Source of the DNA: Saprolegnia diclina VS20 | Taxonomy: Eukaryota | Assembly: GCF_000281045.1 (NCBI RefSeq) | Contig: NW_008246104.1 | Span: 376,008-440,007 of the forward strand | Length of the DNA stretch: 64,000 nucleotides | Reading direction: 5' to 3' | Shown here: positions 50,494 to 62,070 of the stretch, in pieces | How positions within the stretch are numbered: the stretch's first letter is position 1 | How the letters are laid out: every line of letters starts with the position of its first letter | Program-made: the position numbers and the translations under genes | Notes under the pieces: model-generated | Seen by the model: the letters and a program-made list of their open reading frames with translations, nothing else | The model's database searches: none | Told to the model about the DNA's origin: nothing

Positions 50494-53400
50494 TTAGTTG
50501 GTCGACTCGCAAAAGGCCTTGGCGTTCTGGAACATTTGCAGCCACGGCGAGACCTTGGCGTGTTCGATCTCGGGTGTCTTGTACGGCCATTGGAACTTGA
50601 GGAAGGCGCGCTCCGGGTGCGGCATCATGCAAAAGTGGCGGCCGTCGGCCGACGAGAGGCCGGCAATGCCTTCGGGCGACCCGTTCGGGCAGAACGGGTA
50701 CTCGCTCGTGATCTCATTCGCGTCGTTGACATACCGGATCGGCGCGAGCTTCTTGTCGAGGACGTCTTCGAGGAGGCGCGGGTGCGGGAAGTGGGCGCGG
50801 CCTTCGCCGTGCGCGACCCACACGCCGAGGGACGACCCGGCCATGCCCTTGAGCATGATCGCGTTCGACTCTTGGATCTGGACCGACACAAAGTTGCACA
50901 CGTACTTTTCGCAGGCGTTGTCAATGAAGCGCGGGTTGAGGTCGCCTTCGATCGTCCCCGCAGCTTCGAGCTCGGCCGTCACGGGCGGGTTGACCCAGCC
51001 GAGGAGCGACATGAACTGGCACCCGTTGCAGACACCGAGCGAGAACGTGTCGTTGCGGGCGCGGAACGCCTTGAACTGCGCGAGGACGTTCGGGTGGTAC
51101 TTGACGACGCCGGCCCAGCCCTTGGCCGACCCGAGCACGTCCGCGAACGAGAAGCCACCGACAAACGCAACGCCACGGAAGCGGTCGTCGAGCGCGACCT
51201 TGCCAGACACCAAGTCCTTCATCGTCACGTCCCACACCTCAAAGCCGGCGAGGTAGAACGCCGAGCTCATTTCACGGTCGCCGTTCGAGCCTTCTTCGCG
51301 GAGGACCGCAATGCGGTGCTCGTGGCGCGTCGTGAGTGCCTTCGGGAGCGTCGGCGACGGCGTGTACGTGAGCTTCCAGCTCGGCGTCTTGCGGTGCTTC
51401 AGGTTCGCCTGCTCTTGCGCGACCACGTCCGGGCGGCGCTGGCGCTTCTCGAGCGCAAACGACGTCGCCTCCCACGTATCGCGGAGGGCCACCATCGAGT
51501 CCTTGAGCACGACATGGCCGTCAATCGACACCGAGACGCTGCCGTCGGCCACGAGGCTGCCGACCTTGACGAACGGCACGTGCGCCTTGGCAAACGCGGC
51601 CTTGACATCCTTCTCGAAGGCCTTGGGCACCTGGACCACCATGCCGAGTTCTTCGGCAAAGAGCACACCGAGGTGATCGCGGACGGTGGCGCCAACACCC
51701 GCGGGAATGTCGATCGAAACGCCGACGTTGCCCGAGAAGGCCATTTCCAGCAGCGCGACGAGGAGACCACCGTCCGAGCGATCGTGACCGGCCGAGAGCC
51801 ACTGGTTGTGGATGCAGCTTTGGAGCGTCGTGAACGCGGCCGCAAAGAGCTTGGCGTCTTCCATGTCGGGCACGACCTTGCCGATCTGCGCATACACCTG
51901 AGCGAGCGCCGAGCCGCCGAGGCGGTGCTTGCCACCGCCAAGATCGATGTAGAAGAGGTCGCCACCGTCGCGCTTGAGGTCCGGCGTCACGGTCTTCTCG
52001 ACGTCCGAGACGGCGCCGTACATGGTCACCACGAGCGTGCCCGGGGCCTTGACGTTCTCGGAGCCGACCTTGGCCGCCATCGAGAGCGAGTCCTTGCCGC
52101 CATCAACCGCGACACCAATGTCCTTCATGAAGGCCGTCATTGCCGAGCAGCACTCGTACATGCGCGCGGCCTCACCCGGCAGCTTGGCCGCCCACATCCA
52201 GTTGGCCGAGCACTTGATGTCGAGGAGCGAGCCCGTGAGGCAGGCCCACACGAGGTTCGTGAGCGACTCGCCGACCGTGAGACGCGCCATCGCACCCGGG
52301 TTGACGAGGCCCTTGATCGGCTGCTCACCGACCGCGCTCGCACAGCCCGTGAACGTGCCCGTCTCGGGCGAGCGGAAGTGCGACTGCGCAATGACCGAGA
52401 CGTTGGCGAGCGGCAGCTGGAGCGGACCGACGCACGGCTGCTGCGCGACGAGCCCCGTGACGCAGCGATCAACCTTGTTGGTCAAAAACCGCTTCGAGCC
52501 GACCGAGAGAAGGCGCAGGACGCGGTCAAGCGCCGACGTGACCGAGATGTCGGCGGGGAAGACGAGCTCCTGGCCCGGCAGCGGCAGCCGCGAGTCCGTA
52601 AACGTCTTTTGCGGCATCTTGCCAAGGACGAGGTCGAGCTCGAGGTCCACGGGCGTCGAGTCGTCGAGGGCGTCGTGGAGCACGACCTTGCCGTCGCCCG
52701 TCACCTGCCCGAGAAGCGCAAACGGGCAGTTTTCACGCGCGCAGATGCGGCTAAAGAGGTCGACGTCCGAGGGCCGAAGCAGAAGCGCGTTATTTTCTTG
52801 GTACTCGGCGCCCCAGATCTCGAGCACGCTGAGCGTGTCGTCACCGACGAGGATGTTGCGGACCTCGTAGCGCGCGCCACCACGGTGCTCGCCCGCCGGC
52901 TCGACGATCTCCTTGAGCACGTTGCCGTTGCCGCCCGCGCCCTGGTCGTGGATCGACACGATCGGGTTCTTGTCGCCGAGCTCAATGCACGCGCGGATGA
53001 CGCGGTTCATCTTGTTTTCCATCTCGGCGTCGCCACGCTGGACTGCGTTGAAGTCGAGCTCGGCCGTCTTGGCGTCCTGGATACGCGACGAAGCGGCGCC
53101 ACCGCCCATACCGATGCGATAGCACGGACCGCCGACCTTGACGACCCACATGTTGACCTCGGCGTGGCCCTTCGTGCAGTGCGTCGCGTTGAGCTGGCCG
53201 ACGCCGGCCGAAAACATGATCGGCTTGATGTACTCGCGGCGCTCGCCGTTGGGCAGCACCATGCCAAACGAACGCGCAAAGCCCGTCACAACCGGCTCGC
53301 CAAACTTGTTGCCGTAGTCCGACGCGCCGTTGGAGGCTTGCACGATGATGTCGCGCGGGTGCGCGAGGTTGCTCGGGTACTGCAGCGCCTTGTCTTCCCA

Positions 53401-54558
53401 CGGCAGGTCGTAGTTTTCGAGGCAGAGCTGGCCGACCGAGTAGGCGCTGACGCCAGCGACAACGTGCGCACCGCGACCCGTCGCCTGGACATCGCGGATG
53501 CGGCCGCCCGTGCCGGTCTCAGCACCCGGAAACGGCGCGACACCCGACGGAAAGTTGTGCGTCTCGGCCGTCAAGAGCACGTGACTCTCGAGGTTGCGTT
53601 CGGCGAGCGCCGACGGACCGCCGACGTTGGCGGGCGCGAGCGTCTTGATTTTGGCGCCCTTGATGACGGACGAGTTGTCGTGGAACGCAATGATCGAGTT
53701 CTTCATCGACTCGGGCGTCAGCGTCGACTTGACCATCTTGAAGAGCGTCTCGGGCATCTCCTGGCCATCGAGGACGATCTTGCCACCAAAGAACCAATGG
53801 CGCGAGTGCTCCGAGTTGGATTGGCCCATGTCAAAGCACTCGACGTCGGTCGGGTCGCGCTTGAGCTTCTCCTTGAAGAGGTTTGTGTAATACTCGAGGT
53901 CCCACTCGTCAAAGCCGAGGCCGTTCTCCTCGTTCACGCGGCGGAGCGCTTCCTTGCCTTCGGTCATGATCGGGATGCGCTGGACGGGCTTGGGGGTCGT
54001 AAAGACACCAAACTCGGTCAACGGCGTCTCGTACACCTGCTCTGTCATGCGGTCCATGTGCGTCGCCAAAAACGTGGTCTTGAAGTCGGCCGTGAGCTTC
54101 CCGGGCTTGGCGTGGAAGAGGAAGACGCGGCTGCGCTCGATGCGCTTGATCTTGGTGAGGCCGCACGCGTGGCAGATCGAGACGGCGTTACTGCTCCACG
54201 GCGTGCTAAAGTTCATGCGCGGGCCGACTTCGACGTGCCACGAGGCCGCGGCCGCCGCCGGCGCCAAGAACGACGTCGACCGGTACTGCTTGGGCTCAAA
54301 GGTCTCGCTGAGGAGCCACGTCAAGCACTGCTCTTCCTCGGTCGTCAAGGAAGACGCCGAAGCCTCGAGCTCAATGTAGAAGCAGATCTCGGTCTCGACG
54401 CTCGTGAGCACGTCGGCCCACTGCGCCTTGAGCGTCGAGGTCGCATGCTCCGAGAGGAAGGGCGTCCGGAAGAAGCGCAGGAGCGACGACGTCTTGAGCT
54501 TCTTGGCCGCGGGGGCGAGCGCCGAGGCCGATAGCTTGCGGGGCGACGAGGACGACAT
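50494..54558 (-). CDS. PFAS: Phosphoribosylformylglycinamidine synthase (FGAMS, large PurL type), single exon
   Basis: 1354-aa ORF with QSNSEHSRH, AETHN, GAETGTGGRIRD, DQGAGG, GGKDSLSM, SLGVCNGCQ (glutaminase Cys) and MMPHPER. Confidence 0.97.
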   Translation of the reverse strand: MSSSSPRKLSASALAPAAKKLKTSSLLRFFRTPFLSEHATSTLKAQWADVLTSVETEICFYIELEASASSLTTEEEQCLTWLLSETFEPKQYRSTSFLAPAAAAASWHVEVGPRMNFSTPWSSNAVSICHACGLTKIKRIERSRVFLFHAKPGKLTADFKTTFLATHMDRMTEQVYETPLTEFGVFTTPKPVQRIPIMTEGKEALRRVNEENGLGFDEWDLEYYTNLFKEKLKRDPTDVECFDMGQSNSEHSRHWFFGGKIVLDGQEMPETLFKMVKSTLTPESMKNSIIAFHDNSSVIKGAKIKTLAPANVGGPSALAERNLESHVLLTAETHNFPSGVAPFPGAETGTGGRIRDVQATGRGAHVVAGVSAYSVGQLCLENYDLPWEDKALQYPSNLAHPRDIIVQASNGASDYGNKFGEPVVTGFARSFGMVLPNGERREYIKPIMFSAGVGQLNATHCTKGHAEVNMWVVKVGGPCYRIGMGGGAASSRIQDAKTAELDFNAVQRGDAEMENKMNRVIRACIELGDKNPIVSIHDQGAGGNGNVLKEIVEPAGEHRGGARYEVRNILVGDDTLSVLEIWGAEYQENNALLLRPSDVDLFSRICARENCPFALLGQVTGDGKVVLHDALDDSTPVDLELDLVLGKMPQKTFTDSRLPLPGQELVFPADISVTSALDRVLRLLSVGSKRFLTNKVDRCVTGLVAQQPCVGPLQLPLANVSVIAQSHFRSPETGTFTGCASAVGEQPIKGLVNPGAMARLTVGESLTNLVWACLTGSLLDIKCSANWMWAAKLPGEAARMYECCSAMTAFMKDIGVAVDGGKDSLSMAAKVGSENVKAPGTLVVTMYGAVSDVEKTVTPDLKRDGGDLFYIDLGGGKHRLGGSALAQVYAQIGKVVPDMEDAKLFAAAFTTLQSCIHNQWLSAGHDRSDGGLLVALLEMAFSGNVGVSIDIPAGVGATVRDHLGVLFAEELGMVVQVPKAFEKDVKAAFAKAHVPFVKVGSLVADGSVSVSIDGHVVLKDSMVALRDTWEATSFALEKRQRRPDVVAQEQANLKHRKTPSWKLTYTPSPTLPKALTTRHEHRIAVLREEGSNGDREMSSAFYLAGFEVWDVTMKDLVSGKVALDDRFRGVAFVGGFSFADVLGSAKGWAGVVKYHPNVLAQFKAFRARNDTFSLGVCNGCQFMSLLGWVNPPVTAELEAAGTIEGDLNPRFIDNACEKYVCNFVSVQIQESNAIMLKGMAGSSLGVWVAHGEGRAHFPHPRLLEDVLDKKLAPIRYVNDANEITSEYPFCPNGSPEGIAGLSSADGRHFCMMPHPERAFLKFQWPYKTPEIEHAKVSPWLQMFQNAKAFCESTN

Positions 54559-55810
54559 CGGGCGGAGCGATCAAAAAGGGAAATGCAACCTCGTCCGCGG
54601 ACAAAAAGATTTTCGAAGCCGCTTGCGATTGGTCAAAATCACAGCGCCAATGGTTGCCGCGCAACTTGGATAATGTATAGGTCACAAGACGCGAACCTTG
54701 GAATTTACGCCAATCGATGCTTAGCGCACCAGCTTTTTAGCCAATGGCATCGGTTGTATACGTTACATATGATGTGGCAGCACGAGCGTGGAGGAGCACG
54801 ATGCCTGCGTTGGCACCAGCGCCGACGAGCTACTGGAAGGTCGCACGTCGGTGCCGGCGTAAGGTCCATCGAGGCGTTCGTCGCACGCGTGACGCAGTGG
54901 CGCGCTGCGCCGAGCGCTCGGCTTTGACGTCAGCTCGAATCTGTTTACACAATCAGGCTGCGCACATCGCGTGACGCCCCTTCAAGATACGCGGCCACCA
55001 ATTGGACGTCGTGCATACGTAATCGGCGCGACGTGATGACTTGACAAGATGCTGCATCATGCGATGCGGGCGCCGACGCCAAATGATTGCTGAACAGGTC
55101 GGGTGGCGCCACGCGGCCCCCGCCTCGAGGCCTCAATACGACATGTACGCCGTTTCCACCTACGAGACTGCTGACGAGATTGCACTTTGGTCGCGGCTAC
55201 CATAGCTCCACCAATGCACGCACGTCTTGACTCTTAGCTCTGCAAAGCCGGTATGTGTATTGGTGCACTCGCCCTTGGCGCGGAGCGAGGGTATTGCACT
55301 AGTGTCCGTCGATTCGGCGGCAGGAAGTGGCTCATCGATTCTGTGAATCCTATCATGCAGACTGCTATCGAGAACCCTGTGGTGCGACGTCTTGTCCGAG
55401 TTCCGCCGTGTTTTGCGTGCAGACGACGCGACGAGTATTGTAGACCGATCCACATATCGTCCAACACCGCATCGTCAAGGTTGTCGTCGCGCCTGTCATC
55501 GATCCGGTTCAGGTGGCAGCAAGTACAAATGCAATGCAAATCGACATGGCCTAGTCGTCGTAGCTAATAATTGCGAGTGTTGTATGCCCTTGGTATATAT
55601 ATTCGTTCTAGCAACAGCAGCGGTAGCAATACACGCTCCAGTCCTCGTTGGCTCCTCTCGGTGCATCGACGCTGTGATCGTTGGAAGCCATCTCAGATTC
55701 TGCCGCCATCGGATTGGTGGAAACCTGTCGAATTTTCAACCGATTGACCAATCATAGCGCAGGCCGTATCTTTAGCACTGGTCGTGGCTGGCGCCGAAGC
55801 AAGTTTCGCG

Positions 55811-56793
55811 ATGTTTCGCCTCCGCAGCAGTATCAACCTGCGCCACCTCGGCGGCGGCCTCGGCCTCATGGCCGCCTACTCGAGCAACTCGGCGTCGCTC
55901 CTCAAGAGCGCCAAGCCGGCCGTGACCTTTTACCAGTACGAGCCGTGCCCGTACTGCTGCAAGACCAAGGCCGTCATGGACTACCTGCAAGTCCCGTACA
56001 AGGTCGTCGAGGTCAACCCGGTCTCGAAGAAGGAGCTCAAGGAGATCACCGACTATGGCAAAGTGCCTGTCGCGGTCATCGACGGCGTCGTACGTGGCGA
56101 CGCTTGGCGAAGAAGCGCTCATGTGCATGATTCTAGGTCGTGCCCAACTCGTCCGACATCATTGCGCACCTTCAGGCCCACGCCGGCCTGCCGCCCGTCG
56201 AGAAGGAGTGGTCCGAGTGGGTCGACATGAAGCTCGTACGTTGCGTCCTTGGCAAGCTCCTCGTCCGATCCTGAATGGATGCGTAGATTACGCTCATGCC
56301 GCCCAACATTTACCGCACTGTGCCCGAGGCGCTCGAAGCGTTCGAGTACTGCTTGACCGAAGGCAACTTTACCGCGTGGGAGCGCCGTCTCTCCAAGTGA
56401 GCTCTCGTAGTCGAGTCGCCTATCATTGCTCATCACTGTGTACTGTAGGTACTCTGGCGCGGCCGCCATGTACCTCATTTCCAAGCGCCTCAAGAAGAAG
56501 TATGGCATCGAAGACGAGCGCCAAGCGCTGTACGACGTGACGGCCGTGTGGGTACTGTGATCTACTCCACAATGCCGGCTAAGCGCTAGGACGATGTGTA
56601 GCTCGAGGCGATTGGCGACAAGCCATTCTTGGGCGGCGACGAGCCCAACCTCACGGACGTCTCGGTGTTTGGTGTCTTTCGCTCAATCGTCGGCCTCGAG
56701 ACGTTCAAGGATCTCATGACGCACACGCAGCTCCAGCCATGGTTTGAGCGCATGGCGGCCAAGGTCGGTCCGCGCCAGCGCCTCCAAGACTAG
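55811..56793 (+). CDS. PTGES2: Prostaglandin E synthase 2-like glutaredoxin/GST-fold protein (multi-exon)
   Basis: FYQYEPCPYCCKTKAVMDY, VVEVNP, YGKVPV, MPPNIYRT..EALEAFEY, GAAAMYLISKRLKKKY and PFLGGDEPNL. Stop TAG at 56791-56793. Confidence 0.85.
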
Positions 56794-57234
56794 GTTTAGA
56801 GTATAATCGCCCCGCTCGAACGCACTGTGCATGTCAAACCACTCTTGATGTACGACATCGGAAGCTGTGTCGTCCTCACGGTGGTGTCAGCGTCGAACGT
56901 GGTCAGCTCGAAAAGACGTGCTCACGTGGTTGTGCTCCTCGTCGTCTCCGAGGCCCGTACTTCGAGTAGGCTGGAATATGCGCTGTCCTCTTCTCAATTT
57001 GCCTAAGGATGGGGGGAGGCTGGTGAGGATCGAACCCTGTGCCAGTGCTCGCACCACAAGGACGCCATCGGACGGGAAATGGGCATGGCATTGTGAATGC
57101 ACCACGTGGAAGAGGAGCCTGCGTACGACCTCGCGCGAGCTATGACTCGAGTGGGTTCACCGCGGGATGGACGTCTCCGTACGCAGCTCACTCCCAACGA
57201 CCAAGTTCTAACTCCCACGCATTCAGGCGTAGCG

Positions 57235-57300
57235 CTACGTAAGCAAAGTCTTGTGTAACAATGAAGATATAACGCGGAACACGTTCATATATATATGTAT
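57235..57300 (-). repeat. Dispersed repeat B, copy 2
   Basis: Reverse complement reads (AT)n GAACGTGTTCCGCGTTATATCTTCATTGTTACACAAGACTTTGCTTACGTAG. Confidence 0.85.
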
Positions 57301-57338
57301 ACGACGTGGTAGACACAAGACGGTACAAAATATAGCTA

Positions 57339-59141
57339 TTACACTTGGCTGTACCCGGCGCGGTTGATGCAGTGTTTGGAAGCTGTAAAGCCGACGCCGG
57401 CACCAAGGACGATACCGCCAAGACCGATCAACGCCATCGTCGTCGCGCCATACCCGCTGCTCTCTGTCGCATCCGTGCCTGTGAGCACGGCTATACACAT
57501 AGCATGAGCTTACAAGCAACACGGGGCAAGATGCGTACCTTGCGGGATCGGCATCGCCGTGACGTTGAGCGGCGCAAAGGGCTGCGGCACCTTGCACACG
57601 TTGGGCGCCGTTGCAAACGCCGACATGTCAAGGAACGCCTGGACGGGGCAGAGCTCTACGCGCGTGATGCTACCCTACCGAGTATATACTGACGCGAGGA
57701 CGCACCCGAGGCGCACGCCGAGATCGGCAGCGGCCGGCCTTGGTACAAGAGGCGGAAGAAATGGCTCTTTGTCGACACTTGGTAGTAGAGCTCGAGGCCG
57801 ACGTGGCTAGCGTACGGCACCCACTCGGTCAGGTACGTGTCGCCGCCGAGCGCGGCCAGCAGCGGCATCAACGTCGTATCATGGACTACCAATCGTATGA
57901 GATGCAAAACGTCGTGGAAAGTGGTGGGTACCTGCCGAGAGGATGAGGCGCGGGCCGTAGCCAGCGATCGCAGCCTGCAACCGCGTGCGAATGCGAGCAA
58001 TGAACGTCGCCATGCCCGTGCGTGCGTACGCGCTGTTCTTGTAGAGGTACTGGAACAGCTGCGCCTTCTCTTCGTGGCTCACCGACCGAAGGTAGAGGTC
58101 GTGGTCCATCCCGTTGGGCAAGATGCGATCGGTGCACCTACACGTGATACGTGAGGTCGGCGAAACGCGCAGAATCCGACTCGTACCGCTGCGTCATGAG
58201 GCAGTCGAAGAGCAGCACGTGGTTGTAGCCCGAAATGTGCGTCTGCAGCTCCTTCTCACATGCCACGTTGGTGGCGTTGGTGGCCCACGCCTTGTACTCG
58301 GCTGACGCCAGCCACTCGGCGTTGATGTCGTTGAGCGCCGGGCAGATGCTCGGGTTGGGTGTCACGAACGACGAACTCAAGTCGTTGGTGTGCCACGGGA
58401 TCGGCGCCGACGTTGTCGCATCCGAAAAAAAGTTTTGTGCAATGATCTACGTGCACAATGTTGTCATATATGTGACATCATCCAGCAAGTTCGAGCGTAC
58501 CATGCCCGAGTTGACCGTGCGCTGCATGTCGGTGCTTTCGAAAAAGACATCTAGCACCATAGCCGTCAACCTCAGTTGCTCACGCATGACGAGCCTACCC
58601 GAGGTGTTGGTCAAGTCGACGGCTGCGCCAGCTTGGAAGAGCGAGAGCGGTCCGGTCCCGACATACGCCTTGCGAAAGTTGCTACAAGCGCCATGAGCCC
58701 ACGATCCCATGCAGCATTAGGATGGACGTACGCGCCGTTGCGCTGTTGCTGGAAATAGCCTTCGTCAACCATTTGGCCGAGGAGGCAGTTGCCGGGGTAG
58801 GCGTTGCTGCCAGCAACGTACGTCTTGTCGAACACGAGGGTCGGCGACGCGCCGCTGCTCTGGGCGTGCAAGACAGGCGTCACTTGATCGCGGATGTTGC
58901 AGGTCCACGACTCGTTGTAGCCGTCCCAGCACTTGCCGTCGCTGAACGGCGTGCGCGCGCCGTGGCGCACCATCATCTGCACGTGCACGAGCGTCATGCT
59001 CGCCGCTTGCGGATCAGCGACCGGCTGGATGGCCGCCATGGCCATGTCCTTGGCACAGTAGCGCGGGTAGCCCGTGTGGTCGACGACGACTGCCGACGCC
59101 AGCGCGAGGCCCGCAGCAAGGAGGCTACCGACAGAGAGCAT
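57339..59141 (-). CDS. Histidine acid phosphatase (branch 2), type I membrane protein, copy 1
   Basis: Signal peptide, RHGARTP, STDMQRT, VHDTTL, WVPYASHV, a C-terminal TM segment and the tail RAGYSQV-stop. Confidence 0.87.
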
Positions 59142-59990
59142 GGTCGACGTGTGGCGCAGGATGTCAAATGGCACATCGGATGGGATCCTGCCGCCAGCCT
59201 CCCAGCAGCTCAGATTTTTTCGAACCGAAAACGAATCTTCGGCTGATTTGTCCGGTTAGCGTTCCGGTTGCCATTGAGTGGCATCGGTCGATCACCTTGA
59301 ACTTGACAATGTGAAATAGTGTACGACACGTCGGCTGGCGTGGAAACCAGGCGCCATTTTGCTTGGTGCACCGTGCAAGCAAGCCCGAATACGTAGCAAA
59401 TGCGTAAACACGCACACTGTAGTCAGGCGGTACATGTGGTTATTGCGCAAACGCAGACTCGTGGAGGAGGGAAGTTGACATGCAAAACGTACGGAAATAC
59501 TGTGAGAAAGCTCTGTCAAATTGGCGCGAGGGCTGCGCTGCCGACGCGACAAGAATCCCTCCACGGTGCTCCCGGAGCTAATCGCTTGCGTGCGACGTGT
59601 GGCAGCCATGAAGCTGGGTATGCCATGGCGTCAGCCTCGTCATGCCTCACTCGACCAGACTGGCACGTGCAAAGAGTTGGCCTCAACGCCATCGAGATTC
59701 GCTGGCGATCTAGCTGCAAGGTACTGGACGCCACGCGCCTCCAGCTGCACGATCAGCTTTGGTGCTCTGCACGGAGAAAGGCCCACGCGACACCGTGCTT
59801 GGACACAGATGAGAAGCAAGGTGCGCTCGAGTAAAATACTCCAGAAAGGAAAGGAGAACGCCAAACTCGAAGGCAGACGACGAGCAGCACCCCGTCCGCT
59901 GACACCGACGCGCACGAGAATCAAGGACAGAACCCAAAGCGAAGCAAGTCCCACCACCCGACACCACAAAACAAAGTTGATTCGGAACGC

Positions 59991-61642
59991 CTACACCATG
60001 CTGTAGCCGGCGCGGGCGCGGGCCGTGATCACGTGGCCGATCGCGACACCGGCGGCGACACCGGCCGTGATACCCAGCACGAGCGTCACTGTTGAAAACG
60101 TCGTTGGGGGACCTACACGTCATATGCAGCCTCCATGGCGATACACACACAGGACGTACTTGTCTTGGGGGTGGGAACCCGGGGCGCGACAGCGCAAATA
60201 CTCGTGTTGGTCGCAAACGACGTCATGGCGAAGAAGTCGCTCGATCGACAGAGTTCGGTCACGCAGCCAGGCACGGGCAGCGGCTTGCCTTGGTACAGCA
60301 GTCGAAAGTAATAGTCGGTTGTGGCGTTTTCGTAGTAGACTTCCAGCGCCACGTGGCTTGCGTACGGCACCCACTCGGTGAGGTACGTCGGGCCGCCAAG
60401 CGCCGCCAGTAGCGGGTTGAGCGTCGAGTCGTGCACTAATTCCATGGAATTTTGATATAATACTGCAGGAAAGACCATGATACGTACCGATCGAGAGGTA
60501 GAAGCGGGGGCCGACGCCGGCCATGGCGGCCTCAAAGCGACTCCGCATCTGCGCCACGAGCCGCGCGCTGGCCGTGCGTGCGTAAATGTTGTCGCGAAAG
60601 TAGTAGGGCAGGAGCGCCGACGTCTCGAGCTTGTTGACCATCGCATGGAAGAAGTCGAGCGTCATGTTGTTGGGCAGCGTCCGGTTCGTGCAGCGCTGCG
60701 TCATGAGGCAGTCGAAGAGGATGTCGTTGCGGTACCCCGGGGCATACGCCGCCAACTGTGCCTCGAGCGCTCCGTTGGAGGCGTTGGTGACCCAGTTGTG
60801 GAACTCGTTGGACGCTTGCCATTGGCCACCGAGCACGTTCATGGCAGGACACAAGTCGGCACTGGGCACGAGCGCCGAGACACCAATGTCGCCCGTATGG
60901 AAGGGCACCGCGTCCGACGAGCTGTTGGGAAACATATTTTGGACAATGATCTAGACATGACGATATTTCCATCAGCATAGGATGGACAAGTTGTCGTATC
61001 GTACGTAGCCCGAGCCGACGGTGCGGTGGACGTCGGTGCTTTCGAAATACACATCTATGGCGCTCGAGTAAGATGGCGAGTACAAAGGTAGAGAGGTGCC
61101 TTTGGAGGTGGCGAGGTCAAGGGGCTCGTCGACCTGGAAGAGCGCACGGTGGCCACGACCCACGTACGCAGCCTGAAAGTTCCTATCGCGTGGCGTCATG
61201 CTTGGCGAAACGCAGCGATTGAGACAGCGTACGCGCCGTTCTGCTGTTGCTGTGTGTAGCCTTCGTCGAGGAGCTGCCCGAGGAGGCACGTGCCCTTGAA
61301 GACGTTTTGACCGTCTGTGTAGATCTTGTCAAAGGTCATGTTGCTCGGTACGTCATCGGCCGTGTGCAGGACGGGCGCCATGCGATCGCGGAGCTGGCAG
61401 TTCCACGCTTCGTTGTATCCGTTCCAGCATTTCTGCCAGCTATACGGCGTGCGCGCGCCGTGGCGCACGAGCAGTTGGACGTGCTGAAGCGTGAGCGACG
61501 CCATACGTGGGTCGGTCACGGGCTGCACCTTGGAAAATGCCATGTCTTTGCCGCAGTAGCGCGGGTAGCCACCAGCGTCGAGCTCGACGCCTGCCACGAG
61601 GGCTGCCGCGAGGAGCGCGCTTGTCGTGAGGACCGAGATCAT
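59991..61642 (-). CDS. Histidine acid phosphatase (branch 2), type I membrane protein, copy 2
   Basis: Signal peptide MISVLTTSALLAAALVAG, RHGARTP, STDVHRT, VHDSTL, WVPYASHV, a TM segment and the tail RAGYSMV-stop. Exon layout parallels copy 1. Confidence 0.87.
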
Positions 61643-62006
61643 CCTCGTCGTCAATGGAAGTCGGGAAATGGCGAAGGAGGAAGTTGGATGCCATCCGCGC
61701 AGCTGGGTCGATGCGGACGACTTGGATACCGCCTGTTCTTCGTCACATGGCGTAAATGCTTTTTACGACATAATTGTGTCGACGTATAGATACGAATAGC
61801 AACATAAAAGACGAAAAAGGGCGTTGAAAATGAAATACGACGTGGCGCCAGCGACTTGTTGAAGTTCTATCGATTATCCGGATGACACGCTGACATTGAA
61901 GTTGCCTCACTGAGGGGCTCGGTCATCGAGGTGGGTACTCAGACGGCAGGAAGGCTATGGACATAAACTAGCCCCTCGACCAGCTCCCTCGACCTGAATG
62001 CACCGG

Positions 62007-62070
62007 TATATATATATATGAGCGTGTTTTGCGTTATCTTCATAGTTACACAAAGACTTCGCATACGTAG
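62007..62070 (+). repeat. Dispersed repeat B, copy 3
   Basis: (TA)n TGAGCGTGTTTTGCGTTATCTTCATAGTTACACAAAGACTTCGCATACGTAG. Confidence 0.85.

Noticed and set aside
50536..54534. 1332-aa plus-strand ORF
   Set aside because: Antisense shadow of FGAM synthase produced by its GC3 codon bias. The same applies to the long antisense ORFs over the ACSBG and OGDH genes.
55250..55400. YCTSVRRFGGRKWLIDS, reminiscent of a cysteine-protease His box
   Set aside because: The catalytic His is absent, the match is very short and there is no supporting gene structure.
57010..57070. tRNA/SINE-like GGGTTCGATCC on the minus strand
   Set aside because: The T-stem pairs poorly, there is no anticodon arm or acceptor stem, and the A-box to B-box spacing is too short.
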